NCBI RefSeq assembly: GCF_009914755.1
Contig: NC_060930.1
DNA: 64,000 nt
DNA from: the human T2T-CHM13v2.0 reference genome, Homo sapiens
Reading direction: 5' to 3' (one strand)
The notes under the pieces are model-generated. The model saw only the letters and a list, made by a program, of their open reading frames with translations. It searched no databases and was not told where the DNA came from. The position numbers and the translations under genes are program-made. Positions 43,159 through 55,215 of the stretch are shown here, in pieces; the stretch's first letter is position 1; each line of letters starts with the position of its first letter.

Positions 43159-44988
43159 ACTGACAGTGGCATTATTAGAATTACATATTCCCAAGACCCC
43201 TGTAGCAGGGTATGGAAGATAGAATGGAGGGAGACTGTATTGAGGTAAAATACATAAGTGGTAAGAAATTATGAGCATCGGAACTAAATAAGCTAGAAAA
43301 GAATAGTAAATGTTCAATAAATAGGTATGAATTGTTTGATATTCCATGAAGTCTGTATAAATTATTTCTCTTAGAGTAAAGGCTGGTTGTGAAGACAAAA
43401 TGAAACAATAAAAACATAAGATGACAAAAAAATCCAGAGAAATTTATAGTGGTACTTAAATAAGACCTGGCTCCTCTCTGAGTCTCAGTGACCTATCATC
43501 TTGAGCCTCAATGGTGACCAACAAGAGCACCCAGCTAAGGAGTGAGCACCATCCCTGCAGACAACCACCACCACAAGCCTCCGAGACATCCCTGGATATT
43601 CGTTGTCACTACTGGTATTGAATTTCAGGAAACCTCGGGAATAACAACTGTTTAACCACAAATTCTAGAAAATAATGTGGAAGTCCACCAGATCCCTGAA
43701 CAAAGTACTCTTTTTTTTTTCTTATAGCACATAGGCACTCTAAATTAGGAACACCCGTTCCTATTTCTGTTAGCAAATTCTCTGTCAAATCTACTATTTA
43801 ACTGAAAACCTCAGAAAGGAGTAATAAAGAAATCATGGTAGAGGTCTATACTATTAAAAAGAAAAGGCAGTTAGTAAAAATTACCCCTTATGCAGAAGCC
43901 AAAAAAAAAAAAAAACTACTTCTAATGAGATTTGCACTCCAAAGAAAATAAGAATCGACACCATGATCTATATACTGGCTGGCATTCTTTATCCAAAGAT
44001 GTACAGATTTGAAAAATCCATATGTCATATCCCATCTCACTATTTGCCCCTCACAGTCTTGTAAATCAGTAAATCTCCACAAGACACACAGGTTGAGAGC
44101 GTGAAGCCAGCTAGAAAAGCCACGTGGAAATGCACATCTATTCCAGAGCAGCCGGATTCACATTTAACATGGCAAATCAAAACGATGCAGGTACCTACCT
44201 TTCTCTTCTGGAGTTTTCAGGCTTCTAAAATTTAACACCTTACTGCTGATCTGCCCAAAACCCTCTCAGGTGAGGTGAACCTCGAGGGCATCCCATTCAA
44301 TCACACAGCCAGAGGAGGGTGGGGTTTCACAAGACCAGACTTCAAATGCTGGGGCTCTTGCGGGTTCCCAGGCTGTCGGGAGCAGAGGTGAACTGCCTTC
44401 TGTTCTCTGCTGCAGGAAGAAGACGGGAGACACTGACTGACTGGAGGTGGGGGGCGGGGGCTTGGGGGAGGGAAGTAATATGGGGACTGTAATAAATAAG
44501 AGATCCTCTCCACATGATTTCCTATATTTGGTGCCTGATGCCTCTCTCCAGGCTCCCTAGAGGAAACAGGAAACTTGTCCTCTGGCCACTGGAAAGAAGA
44601 GAATAAACATACTGAGAACTGTGAAAAGAAGCAGCAGGACCCCAGGCAAGGAGCTGATGGGCCAGCCAACTTTACCTTTTACCAAGTGCTTTCTTCCTGA
44701 AGTTCCTCTAAGTGTTTAACTCTGTAAAAGTCAAGAATGTCCTCATCTTCTTCCACTGAGCTGGAGCATATTCTGGCCCCAGTCCAGATGTCATATTACA
44801 GAGCAGCTGATGACAGGCAGGTTAGAACAGGCCCTGGAAGAATCCATTCCCAGCCTCAGGCAAGACCCCCTAAGCTCTGTCTTTGGAAAGTCTGATCTTT
44901 CTTAATCTTGGACTGACTCCAAAGCCCTCAGGCCATTTTGCCTTAGAGTTTAAAGAATTATCAGGAGGCCACCATCCGTGGAGTGAAG

Positions 44989-45165
44989 TAGGACCCTCTA
45001 CATTATTTATGGGGTTTCATGTAAAATGAAAATGTGATGCCACTCATTTGAAAATTAAGAATTTCAAGATGGTGACAATAGAACATTAAAGCAAGTGTGG
45101 GGACTCTCTGGAGCACAGGGCTCTATGCAACTGTACCAGGCCGTAGACTCACCAAGCCAGTCCTG
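44989..45165 (-). mobile_element. MER45A hAT-Tip100 MITE
   Basis: aaaatgaaaatgtg...attaagaatttcaagatggtgaca...cattaaagcaagtgtgggg...aagccagtcctg is the reverse MER45A. Confidence 0.85.
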
Positions 45166-45399
45166 GCTGTAGAAAGAACGTGGGAACTCTGGGCCATGTG
45201 GATTTTCACAAGCTGAGTTGTTGAGAGACCTGGACTACCTCCATTGTGTTCAGCAGGGTGACAGTCAGTCCTCCAACAGCAGCACACTTGGAAGCTGCTG
45301 CAAGGCAGCAGAGGGGGAGGAGGGTGGATGCTGGGTTGCGGGTGTGAGCAGGCAAAGACCACAAACACATCACTGAGTAAAAATCACACAGTGGTCTCC

Positions 45400-45900
45400 T
45401 TGCCCATATTTTCCCTCACTTCCTATCCATTCTCCTCTCAGCAACCAGGGTAATGTCTCTCAAATGCCATCTTCATGGTGGGATTCCCATGCTTAAAATC
45501 TTTCAGGAGCTTAAGGATATAGGTCAAACCCTTAAATGCACAATGGCCAATCTCTTCTACTTTCCCTCAAAGCCCACTTTCACCTGTGCTCTCCTCATGC
45601 CCTTTCTCATTCCCTCCTTCCCCACCTCTCTCCACTCAATGAAGTATGTCCTCCCCTCCAAGATCCAATTCCTTGAATCTGACATCCTTCAGAATGCATT
45701 TTCCAATTTCTGGGCCCCTTTGGTGTTCTTCCAAGCAAACCATGCTTGTCTCTCTCATAACACTAAAGCAAGGAAGCCTGCCTACTTGTCTCTCTGTCTC
45801 CTGCTGGGCTGTCCCTCTGTGAGGTCAAGGACTGTGTCTGCTTCACCATTATATCCCTAGCATCCAGGACCCAGCAGTGTCTGGTTTGTGTGGGTTTAAT
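45400..45900 (+). mobile_element. L2 3' fragment
   Basis: ctctgtgaggtcaaggactgtgtctgcttcaccattatatccctagcatcc. Confidence 0.65.
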
Positions 45901-45934
45901 GTTAGGAGGAGGAGCGTCATCAACTACAGTTATT

Positions 45935-46119
45935 GCTGGGTGCGATGGTGCGCACTTGTACAAGTCCCAGCTACTCCGGTGGCTGAGGCAGGAGGATTGT
46001 TGGATCCCAGGAGTTTGAGACCAGCCTGGTCTCAAAATAAAATCAAATTAATTTTTGATTAATTTAAAAATAAAATCAAATTATTTTTGATTAATTTACA
46101 AAATAAAATCAAATTAATT
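45935..46119 (+). mobile_element. FLAM-type Alu monomer (internally deleted) with minisatellite tail
   Basis: gctgggtgcgatggtgcgc...agtcccagctact...ccaggagtttgagaccagcctgg|tctc; TSD aa(c/t)tacagttatt. Confidence 0.85.
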
Positions 46120-48976
46120 ACAGTTATTACATGTTAGGGAAAGGAGAATATATGACTTAGAGGAAAACACAAGACTGTTGTTATAGTTTTACAAAGTGGA
46201 GCAACTTCACGGGTGATATTGCGGAGCTATTGCTGAATATTATGAAAATGCTGCAGTTTGTCATATGCTGTGTATTGCTGCCTCACAGAGATTATTATAA
46301 GCAGGCAACAACCTCTATTCAAAAAGTGAAGTCTTAGATAATGCCCACAAGAAGGAGGACTAAAGTTAGCAAGGGTGAATGAAATGGGAGTCTGTTGGAG
46401 GTGAGGGGAGAGAGAGGGAGAAAGAAGGGGCAGTGGAAAGGAAAGAGGAAAAGAGGAGGGAGGGATATGGGAGGAAGGATAAAGACAGGAGAAGTGGGAA
46501 GAAGCACATGAATGGAACAAAGCTTAGAAAACAGTGAGGTGGTGGGGAGGGGAGGAAAACCCCTGTGAAGTCAGCATTTATCTGGAAGCAGTGCACCACA
46601 GGCAGGCTCTGTACACCCTGCCTGACTCTCCTGCACTTTCTCAGGCTCCCCGATGAATCAAGCCTGTTTTTCTAGAAGTCAAAAGGCAAAAGGGGGTCTA
46701 GGGACATGCCACTACCGCTCTTAAAACACAACAGTTAGCTTCTGCATTTTGTTTGGACTTTGAAACATTATTAAACCACATAGTCATTTTTTATTTCATG
46801 ATTTTGAATACTTCCATGACAATATTACGTCTGGAATTTCTAAGCATATATTCTGGTTACTTTTCATGGTTCCCCTGAATCAAGAGGTCACTTTGTGTGT
46901 TGACGAGGACTGTATATGAGTGAGAAGCCCCAGGTGAGGCTGGATGATTGGAGTACAAGCTGCAGTAACAAGACCCATACTCTATCATCTGTAAAGGTAA
47001 TCAAAACATAGGTGATTCTCAATATCTGGTTTTGTGCATTTAATTGTCATTTAATATATGCATCTATCTAGAACAAAGCAAAGATATTTATTAAGCCAAT
47101 CATTTGAACTTACTTTATGAAGTCTCAATTTGGTTCCTAATTAATGGATATTACTTCCATTGGAAATGGAAGTGTCAGAAAAAATAGTGAAAGGCTTTAA
47201 AATAGGAAAAGATGACTGGGTGTCCTGTCAACAGAGTGTTGAGAGTTTTCTAGCAAACAACTTACAGCTGGAGAGCTGAATCTATAGGGGTCTCTACATT
47301 TGATCATCTTTGACTGGATGTTTAATAATTCTGAAGGACGTAGAAACTAATAGTAATACAAATGATTTTTGACCATAGAAATGCACATTAGTTTTGTCCA
47401 GTAGATATATAATTGCCTTCCACCCTATAGAAATGGTTATTTCAAACATTAAATTTTAGTGCACGTTAGGATATTAGCCAGTTTTTGTAGCTCTTAGCAA
47501 ACTCAGTTCAGCATTCCTGATTGTCTCTATATAAATATATCTGCTCTTGGGATTTCCCTTTGAACAAGTTCTAACGTTTTACCACTCCCTTCATTAATTA
47601 ATGAGTTAAATAAAATCTCTTTCACATGTCATTTTATATTGGAGTCAGGATTTCACCTTTTGAAAATGGTCTTTTAACAGAAGGCAGGTGATAGTGCTTA
47701 CAGCAAGTTGTATCAGGAATTTTCAATGGCAAAACTGTTTTCTTAAATATTTGGCCTAGTTTTATACGTTCCTTGAGTATGTAAAATAAAAACAGGGAAT
47801 AAACTAAGTGTGTTGATTATGAAAGTGAATGACAAAGTGGTATCAGCTGAACAATTAGGTGTGTACAGAGTTTCAGTTAGGGCAGGAGTACAGGCAAAGC
47901 CCAAAGCAGAACTATGTAAAACAATAACTGGACACGGGTTTACTAAATATGGTGAAAGTGGCCTAGGTTTGGACTCACTAAAACCAGTACCTTGGAGGAA
48001 AGAAAACCTTGATAAGCAAAGGGCATACATTTCAGGTGTTCAGTATTTTTTAAGACAGTGTTTTTAGGAATTCTTGCCACATAGGCAACTATTCAGAAAT
48101 GTCCTACTATCAATCAGCTATAGCAAAGCGTTCAACATAGGGGACAGTGACATTTTGAAAGGAATAAATCAGAAAACATAAATATATTTGTGTGGTTTGG
48201 TTTCTCTTTAATTTTTATATTTGCTGTGTTTTTAGTGTGTGTGACTTACAATCTATATTTTTAAATATCAAAGATATAAAATAATTTATCTTTAAGGATC
48301 GGTCTGGCCAATCAGTTTGGTTTGACTCACTAAAGCTCTTAGTACCAGATCAGCAGCCAAACATAAGGCCTTTTTGTTTTGTTTTGTTTAATTTTTATTT
48401 TCAAAATGAATTTGCCATTAATTCTGTAATTTAGAGCAGGGGAAATGACTTATCTAACAGCTCAGTGTGGAAGTTTGGAAGTTTGGAAGTTCCTGAGAAC
48501 AGTGATTCTTGATTTTGGAGTAATCATGAGAACTATAAATGATCAATGGCAAATAATACAACAAATGTGATCTACGAGGTGCTTAAAGATCACTTCCCAC
48601 AAACGTGTGGCTCTTTCTGCAAGAACCATGAGTAGACTTGTGAAGGGAGACTCCATCACAGACTGACACACGAGCTTTGTCTTCACCTGCATTAGAGGTG
48701 AGGCTCTCCTTTCATTGTCAGTTTTTCTCTGCCAACTACTAATATCACATTTGTCATTGAAGATGGAGCTCTAAGAGGGGACTATTAAGGAGCTCTATAA
48801 CTTTCATTATTTCACATAAAAATAAAAAGGAAGTATGGACACTATAATATTAAACCCGTCAAAGAAGGAATAAACATGTAAAACATCAGTAGCATTGTTC
48901 TTGGGAAAAAAGGAATGTTGGCCTAAAGAAGGGCAACTGACAGCTATCATATATTTCCCTTAAAACTAAAGGTGTT

Positions 48977-49392
48977 AGGGAAAGAGAGAGAGAGAGAGGG
49001 AGAGAGGGAGGAAGAGGGACAGAGGATGGAGAAAGGAAGGAAGGGAGGAAGGAAGGAAGGAAGGAAAAGAAGGAAAGAGAAAGAAGGGAAAGAAAGAGAG
49101 AAAGAAGGGAAAGAAAGAAAGAAAGGGAGAGAAAGAGAGAGAGAAGGGGAGGGAAGGAGGGAGGGAAGAAAGGAGGAAAGAAAGAGGGAGGGAGGAAGGG
49201 GAGAGAGAGAAAAGAAAGTGAAGGAGGGAGGGAGGGAGAGTGGGAAGGAAGGAAGGAAAGAAGGAAGGAAGGAAGGAAGTAGAGGAGGGAGGGAGGGAAG
49301 ATGAGGGAGGGAGGGAAGATGAGGGAGGGAGGGAGGGAAGCAAGGAAGGAGGGAGAAAGGGAAGGAAGAGAGGAAGGGAGGGAGGGAGGGGA
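48977..49392 (+). repeat. Polypurine GA-rich low-complexity tract of about 416 bp with (GGAA)n and (GGGA)n runs
   Basis: Only about 8 pyrimidines on the + strand. Confidence 0.97.
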
Positions 49393-49409
49393 CATACATA
49401 CATACATAG

Positions 49410-49990
49410 ATTAAACCAAGTGTTTTAGGGAACTAGGGATTCTCAAATCCTGCTTAGTGTTTTGGGAAGAATTAGAAACTCTCACACACTGCTTGGTGAG
49501 TATAATTCAGTAAACCACTTTGGAGAGCAGTTTCACAGTGTCCAGGATAGTTCAAATTTCTAGTCACATCATATATTCTAGAAAATTCTTGCCTATATAT
49601 ACAAGGAGAAACACAAGAGTGTTCAACTGCAACACTCTTCAAAATAATTATAATACAAAAATATATATATGCATCATAGAAACATTAATAGAAAAATTTT
49701 GATATTATTACAGAAATAATAAATTAAGTCTGTATGTATCAAGATGGATGGGGAAAAATACATGTAAAAGTTTTTTAAAAAGCCAGAGGGAAAAAGATCA
49801 GTTGTAGAAAAAATACATATACAATGCTATATATTGAAAAGCTACACAATACAGTCTAGGAGGAAGAAGGCATGAAATAGGACTAAACAGGGAATAAAGA
49901 GGTTTTTCTTTGTATTCTATGTATGAAATAAAAAAGAAAAAAAAGTCAAAATACCAATGTTTAATTCTGCATGGTGTGTAATACAGATGC
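49410..49990 (+). mobile_element. Old L1M (L1ME-like) ORF2 end/3'UTR fragment
   Basis: gaaactctcacacactgcttggtgag...aaccactttggagagcagttt...ctagaaaattcttgc...acaaggag. Confidence 0.7.
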
Positions 49991-52900
49991 TTGTTTTTCT
50001 CTGTAGGTTGTCTTTTAAAGAAAGAGAAAGAAGTCACTAAACTATTATTTCGAAAAACAGACTCATTTTGAGTCATAGAGTAGACACGTTCTTTTTCACT
50101 CTTTATTTACAACTGAGGTAGAAAAAAGTTTCTAGAAAAAGAAGCCTAGGAACAATCATAATTATCTTCCGTCCTTGATGAAATGGCAGTACTGTCCTTA
50201 GCTCCATCTCAGATTCACTCACTCTTTCCACGTGAAATGAAACCTCGTGTCCTTAGAGTTAAGGACAAGCATCCTGCTTGTTAGGGAAGCTGATTACTGC
50301 GTTTACTGACAGCTTGGGGTTGTCTACTCCATACACCCTTTACTATTCAACACAAGGTGATTTGCTGAAGTAGAACAAAAGTCATTGGCATTGGAGAGCT
50401 CAAGGAAGTGAGAAACATCTTAAAAGGGAGGATGTTCACGAGAGAATGTGCGAAACCTCAATAACTACACCTAAACATTTCCCAAAGACGACTCGCTTTA
50501 AAAATCTCTGTATCTTTGGAAGTTTGAACTGGATATGATTATATTTAGTTGATGTAAAAAGGAATTTGTCTTTAACAACTAGACTTAGGCATTCTGCATC
50601 AGAGTATAAACCCTGTTTGTTTTGTTTGGGTCGTTGGTTTGGTTCGTGGAGTTCAGCAACAAACCAACGTGGATTGGGAATACAACAAAACGCTTTTTTT
50701 TTTCTTTTTGTTATAGGGGTAGAGGAGGAAGCTGTGGCTTTTTGAAAAAATGTCCTAAATTTCTCTAACCTCTGGCTTTCATATTAGGCAAGGGATGGCC
50801 CTGGTCTCAGCTTCACACCAAACTTTGCCATTTGGTGACTCAGATGGAGAAGTCAAACAAGCAGAGGCCATGTCTTTTTAAAGATGTGACTGTGGGAAAT
50901 CACCTCACCACCCAAGAGACATTACAGTAATAATGTCAAAGCCCCTGGTCATGCAGGTCTCCCTGGGTCTCTGCACCCTGAATTGCTTCCTCTTGAGACA
51001 TTTCTGTGCCCCACCAGCTTGCACAATGCAGAATGAGTTCAAGGCTTCCTTCCCTGTTGGAGCCTCTATCTTCAGATTCCCTTCCATCTTCTTGGGTGTC
51101 CCTCTGGTCACCGTGCCTGCCCCAAGAGGCACAAATTATTTCCATTCCTTGTCAGCCCTCCATTCCTTTCATTCTTATCCACCATTCTTGCTCTTCCACT
51201 GTTCCCTGAATACTGGCACCTGGCTCACACTTTTACCCCTCACTCTGCAATTGATGTCTGTCATTTCTGCATCTTCCCTTTTAAGATGTTTCTCACTTCC
51301 TTGAGCTCCCCAATGCCAATGACTTTTGTCCTATTTTAGCAAATAACCATGTGTTGTGATTGCTGCGTCCCAGAATGTCAACATCTGGGACTGCTGTAAT
51401 TTCAAAATAGATGATGAAGTTTGAATTTGTGGGGGCGATGGGGAGGGGATATATTTTGTTACCATCTTTCCTCACTTCTACAGGACCTCTGCCTTTATTG
51501 AAAGCCCCAGTTCTTCTGTACCTCCTTCGTAGTCTTCCCACTACTGCAAGCTACCCTTACGTTCCTGCGAAACCCAGATGCCATGGATAGCTATTTAAAT
51601 ACACTCTTTGCCAACTTTTTATTATATCTTTCTTTCTTGACATTCTGCCGTGCTACTGGCAAACTCCAGTGCTGGGGCCCCTAGCAATCCATCTGCCCTG
51701 TTCTCTCTGTGACCAGTGGAGAAATACACAAAATATTACTGAAGAGCAACCCACATCCGGGTTCTCACAGCTGCTTCACAAAGATTTCCAGGGCTCAGTA
51801 ACCTAGCTCTTGAGATTTGACCCCCTCATTACTCCTCAATTCCTTTGCCTGAAAATATGTTTATATCTCTAATTCCAAAATCTTCACCAACAAACCTTAC
51901 ATAATATTTCCTACTCTTCGATCACCATCCTAACTTTTCCCTTTCAGTTTGCCTCCAAACTTCTCAAAAAACTGATTGGTAATCACCCAGACTCTTCCTC
52001 CTCTCTTCAAAGCTCTACTAAACTTCTATCTCCCTAAGCCACTCTCTTTAAATGACTTCGGGCTAACAAAAGCTTCTCTACTTCTCATTTATCTCATCCC
52101 GAAACTTTTATGTGTCAATTTTTTCTTGAAATTCTTCTCTCATTTTCTTTGCACCTGCCCCACCTAAAATCTCTCCCCTCTACCTGTCTTCTCCCTCCTC
52201 ATCTGGATATTCTTCTTCATTCCTCTTTAAATAACAGCATTTCCCAAAGTACTTGATACCTGTTCTCCTGTTTTCAGTACCCACCATTCTTCTAGTTAGC
52301 AGGTTCAAATCTAAAGTGTGATAACCAGCTTTACTTTCTCCTTTATTTTCCCAGCCCCACATCCTTTCCCCAGGCCGAAGCTAGTCTCCAGGACCTGCTG
52401 ATCCTCACTCTGGCAGATCTCTTCCATATGTGACTGTATTTACATATCCACTATCACCACTCCATGCCTACATTTATCTCTTCTTGCCTAAACCACTAAG
52501 AAATTATCCTTCATCTGTCCTACTCCTGAACTCCATTTTCCCAGTCATATAACCAGGTTAATTTACTGGTTTATTACTAGGTTAATTTCCTTAAAGGACT
52601 GCTATTATTTTTATACTCTCTCCTCAAAAATCCTTCCATGATACCTGTGGTGCACTCACACTCTGCCTATTGAATGCCTATTGTCATTCAAAGCTGTCCC
52701 AGTCTAAGCCTAGTTTAAGTTTCCAATGCAACTTCCTCTGATCTTCTGTATTTAGCCTTGGCTGCAGATCCAAATGAATCTCCTTCTCTCTCTCCAACAA
52801 GCCTTGTCCTTTCCTCTTCTGCAAGGAGCTAGAGTCATTCATCAGAGTCTCAAACAAGTCCACATGCCCAGCATGAAGTCTGTCTCCTCCACAAACCTTT

Positions 52901-55029
52901 CTGTCATAAATGATGCCAGAAGTAATCTCTCCCATCATTAATACCCTAGAGCACATATTGTCTATGTCACTTTAGTAGCCCTTCTCAGCCTTATGTGTTA
53001 TCTATTTATGACTTGATAATCCAGCTACTCAAATAATAATAAAAATAATAATATCAAAAACACATTGAGTACTTACTATATGCCCAGCCCTTGACATGGA
53101 CTAACTTATTTAATTCTCTCCCAAAAAAACAACCCTATGGATGCTTATAGCATTTCCTTTAATATAGAAAAAAAAGAATGGCTGGATCTCCCTTCCCATG
53201 TATTGCGGGAAATCCACAAAAGCCCAACCCTCCCACGCTCCATTCCTACGGGATTCTTAGATAAGGGTGTGTGGGGGAGAGTTGCATTCTTCTGAGCTAT
53301 TCTTGCTGAAGGCTGCACTGGAAATGGCCCTGAATGATTCACCACCTAGCCATCACTCTTGGTCTCCGCAGTTGAACCCCATGTCCTCCATTTCCCCAAA
53401 GCCCTATTAATACTGGCTATTAAGTAGAACAGACTTTTATCGAAGATCTGAGAAGGATAGTTACATTACAGAGCTGAAAACCACTTAAATTGTTCCCAGG
53501 TCATTATTGTTCTAAAGTCCCTCTCCCACCACTCCACAGGGAATTTTTCTGGTCAATGTTCTCCTCCAGTCTCCATCTACATCATATTGCGTAGCCTCCT
53601 CTTCCTTTTTAGAAGCTCCTGGCACTGCCCTCCTTCTTCCTCTCTTCTGGGTCCTATACTTTCACTGCTATGTAAGTTGTTAATTTCTCTCACTTCATGA
53701 TGCAGAGTAATTCAGCTCTTTTCTTGTTTTGTTCCCACAGTCCAAATGCCCAGGGGGTTTCAGCTTTCACCTCCAAATGACCCAATTAGGATATCTTCTA
53801 AAACAAGCATCCATCTTTATGCTATTGCCTTAGAAGGCTGCAATACTTTTATCAATTTAAATGGCAACATTTTATTTTTCTTCCTGAGCTTTTGTATATC
53901 TTATCTTCCTGGCATCTAGTGTCTTATCTTTCATACCATTTTTTAAGCATGTTGACTGTGTCTTAACCAAATTTGTATGCTTCTTTGTGCCACATACTTG
54001 TTGGGTAACTAAATTAATAAGAAAGAGGATGATAGGAGGCATGAAGACAGTGAGCATTTAGAATGGACAAAGAGAAGGGAACACCAATTTCTATCAATGA
54101 CTGGAAAAACCTGGAAGGCGTCTTTTTGCAGATGACCCAAACCTGGGAGATAGAAAAGTACACAGAAGTCAAATTCCACAAGGTCTTTAAATTTCTGTAC
54201 TTTTTCCAGAATGCGCTGTCTCTTTACTTGGGTCTAAATTACTAAATATATTCTGCAAATACTGAACACGTTAGGGAACAATGCGAGGTATTCTCCCCTG
54301 ACTCTTCTTTTCTGGAATGAGAAGTACAGACGGAATAAGCTGCCTTCACAGTCTGTCTGGGCTGAACCTCATGCCAGGGCGTGGGTAGCACTTGGATGGA
54401 AACCACTTCCCCTGGCTTATCATTGTTGAATGATCCTGGAGCTGTTTCGGTTCCTTCCCAGGGGATGGCTTCCACTCTGTCTGCCTCAATAAACTGTCAT
54501 TTCTTCTCACAGAAACAGTAATTTTCCCAGCTATTAATTCTTCACACCCACTGGAATTTACAAAAACATACCCTTTATTGCTGTCTGAGAATCACGAGGA
54601 CTCTTTATCTAAGATGTCTTGTTCCTAACCATTCCCAGCACCTGAGAGAGAAAACCCGCCAACAGCACCAAGAATTTGGCAAGTCTCTTCCATACTTGGT
54701 CCCAGGTTTTATGCCAGCACTAGGGGCAAATGAGACACATTCTGAACCCAAGCATCTCACGGTCCAAGCAATTTCCCAATTTCATAACTCTTTAAATTTA
54801 GAAACACTTTAACGCCAGAGTGTTGACCTCTTTGAGATTCTGAATACAACTTTAAGGTCATTTGGAAAGAATTACTGCCTGCTGTTAGCTCAACAGCCCT
54901 CCCCATATTTTCATATCTGATAGAAATTAGGATAAGCCAATTTAGAAGTCACCGAAAATTCAAATCCAAAACACAGTCGTTTATTTGGGAATGCATTTTT
55001 AAGAAAAACAAAATTTCTAAAATAATAGC

Positions 55030-55215
55030 AACAATAATAATTGCTATCCTTTATTGGGTATATATCCTGTACAAGGTACCATGCTGGGTTGAATGATTTT
55101 ATTTCACTAAATTCTGATAACAATTCTGAAAGGTGGATGCGAGGATTTCCTATCTTTGATAGGAAACTAAAATTCAGAGAGAGAATGTAACTTGCTTATG
55201 GTCACTTAGCTATGC
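55030..55215 (-). mobile_element. MIR SINE
   Basis: aggaaactaaaattcagagagagaatgtaacttgcttatggtcac. Confidence 0.65.

Noticed and set aside
46034-46119. CRISPR-like repeat array
   Set aside because: Tandem units have no spacers, the context is eukaryotic, and there are no cas genes.
48886-49428. ORFs of 110-173 aa on both strands
   Set aside because: Stop-free artefacts of the polypurine tract.
54713-54730. CTCF-like ccagcactaggggca
   Set aside because: Core spacing deviates from the CTCF consensus; unsupported without ChIP data.
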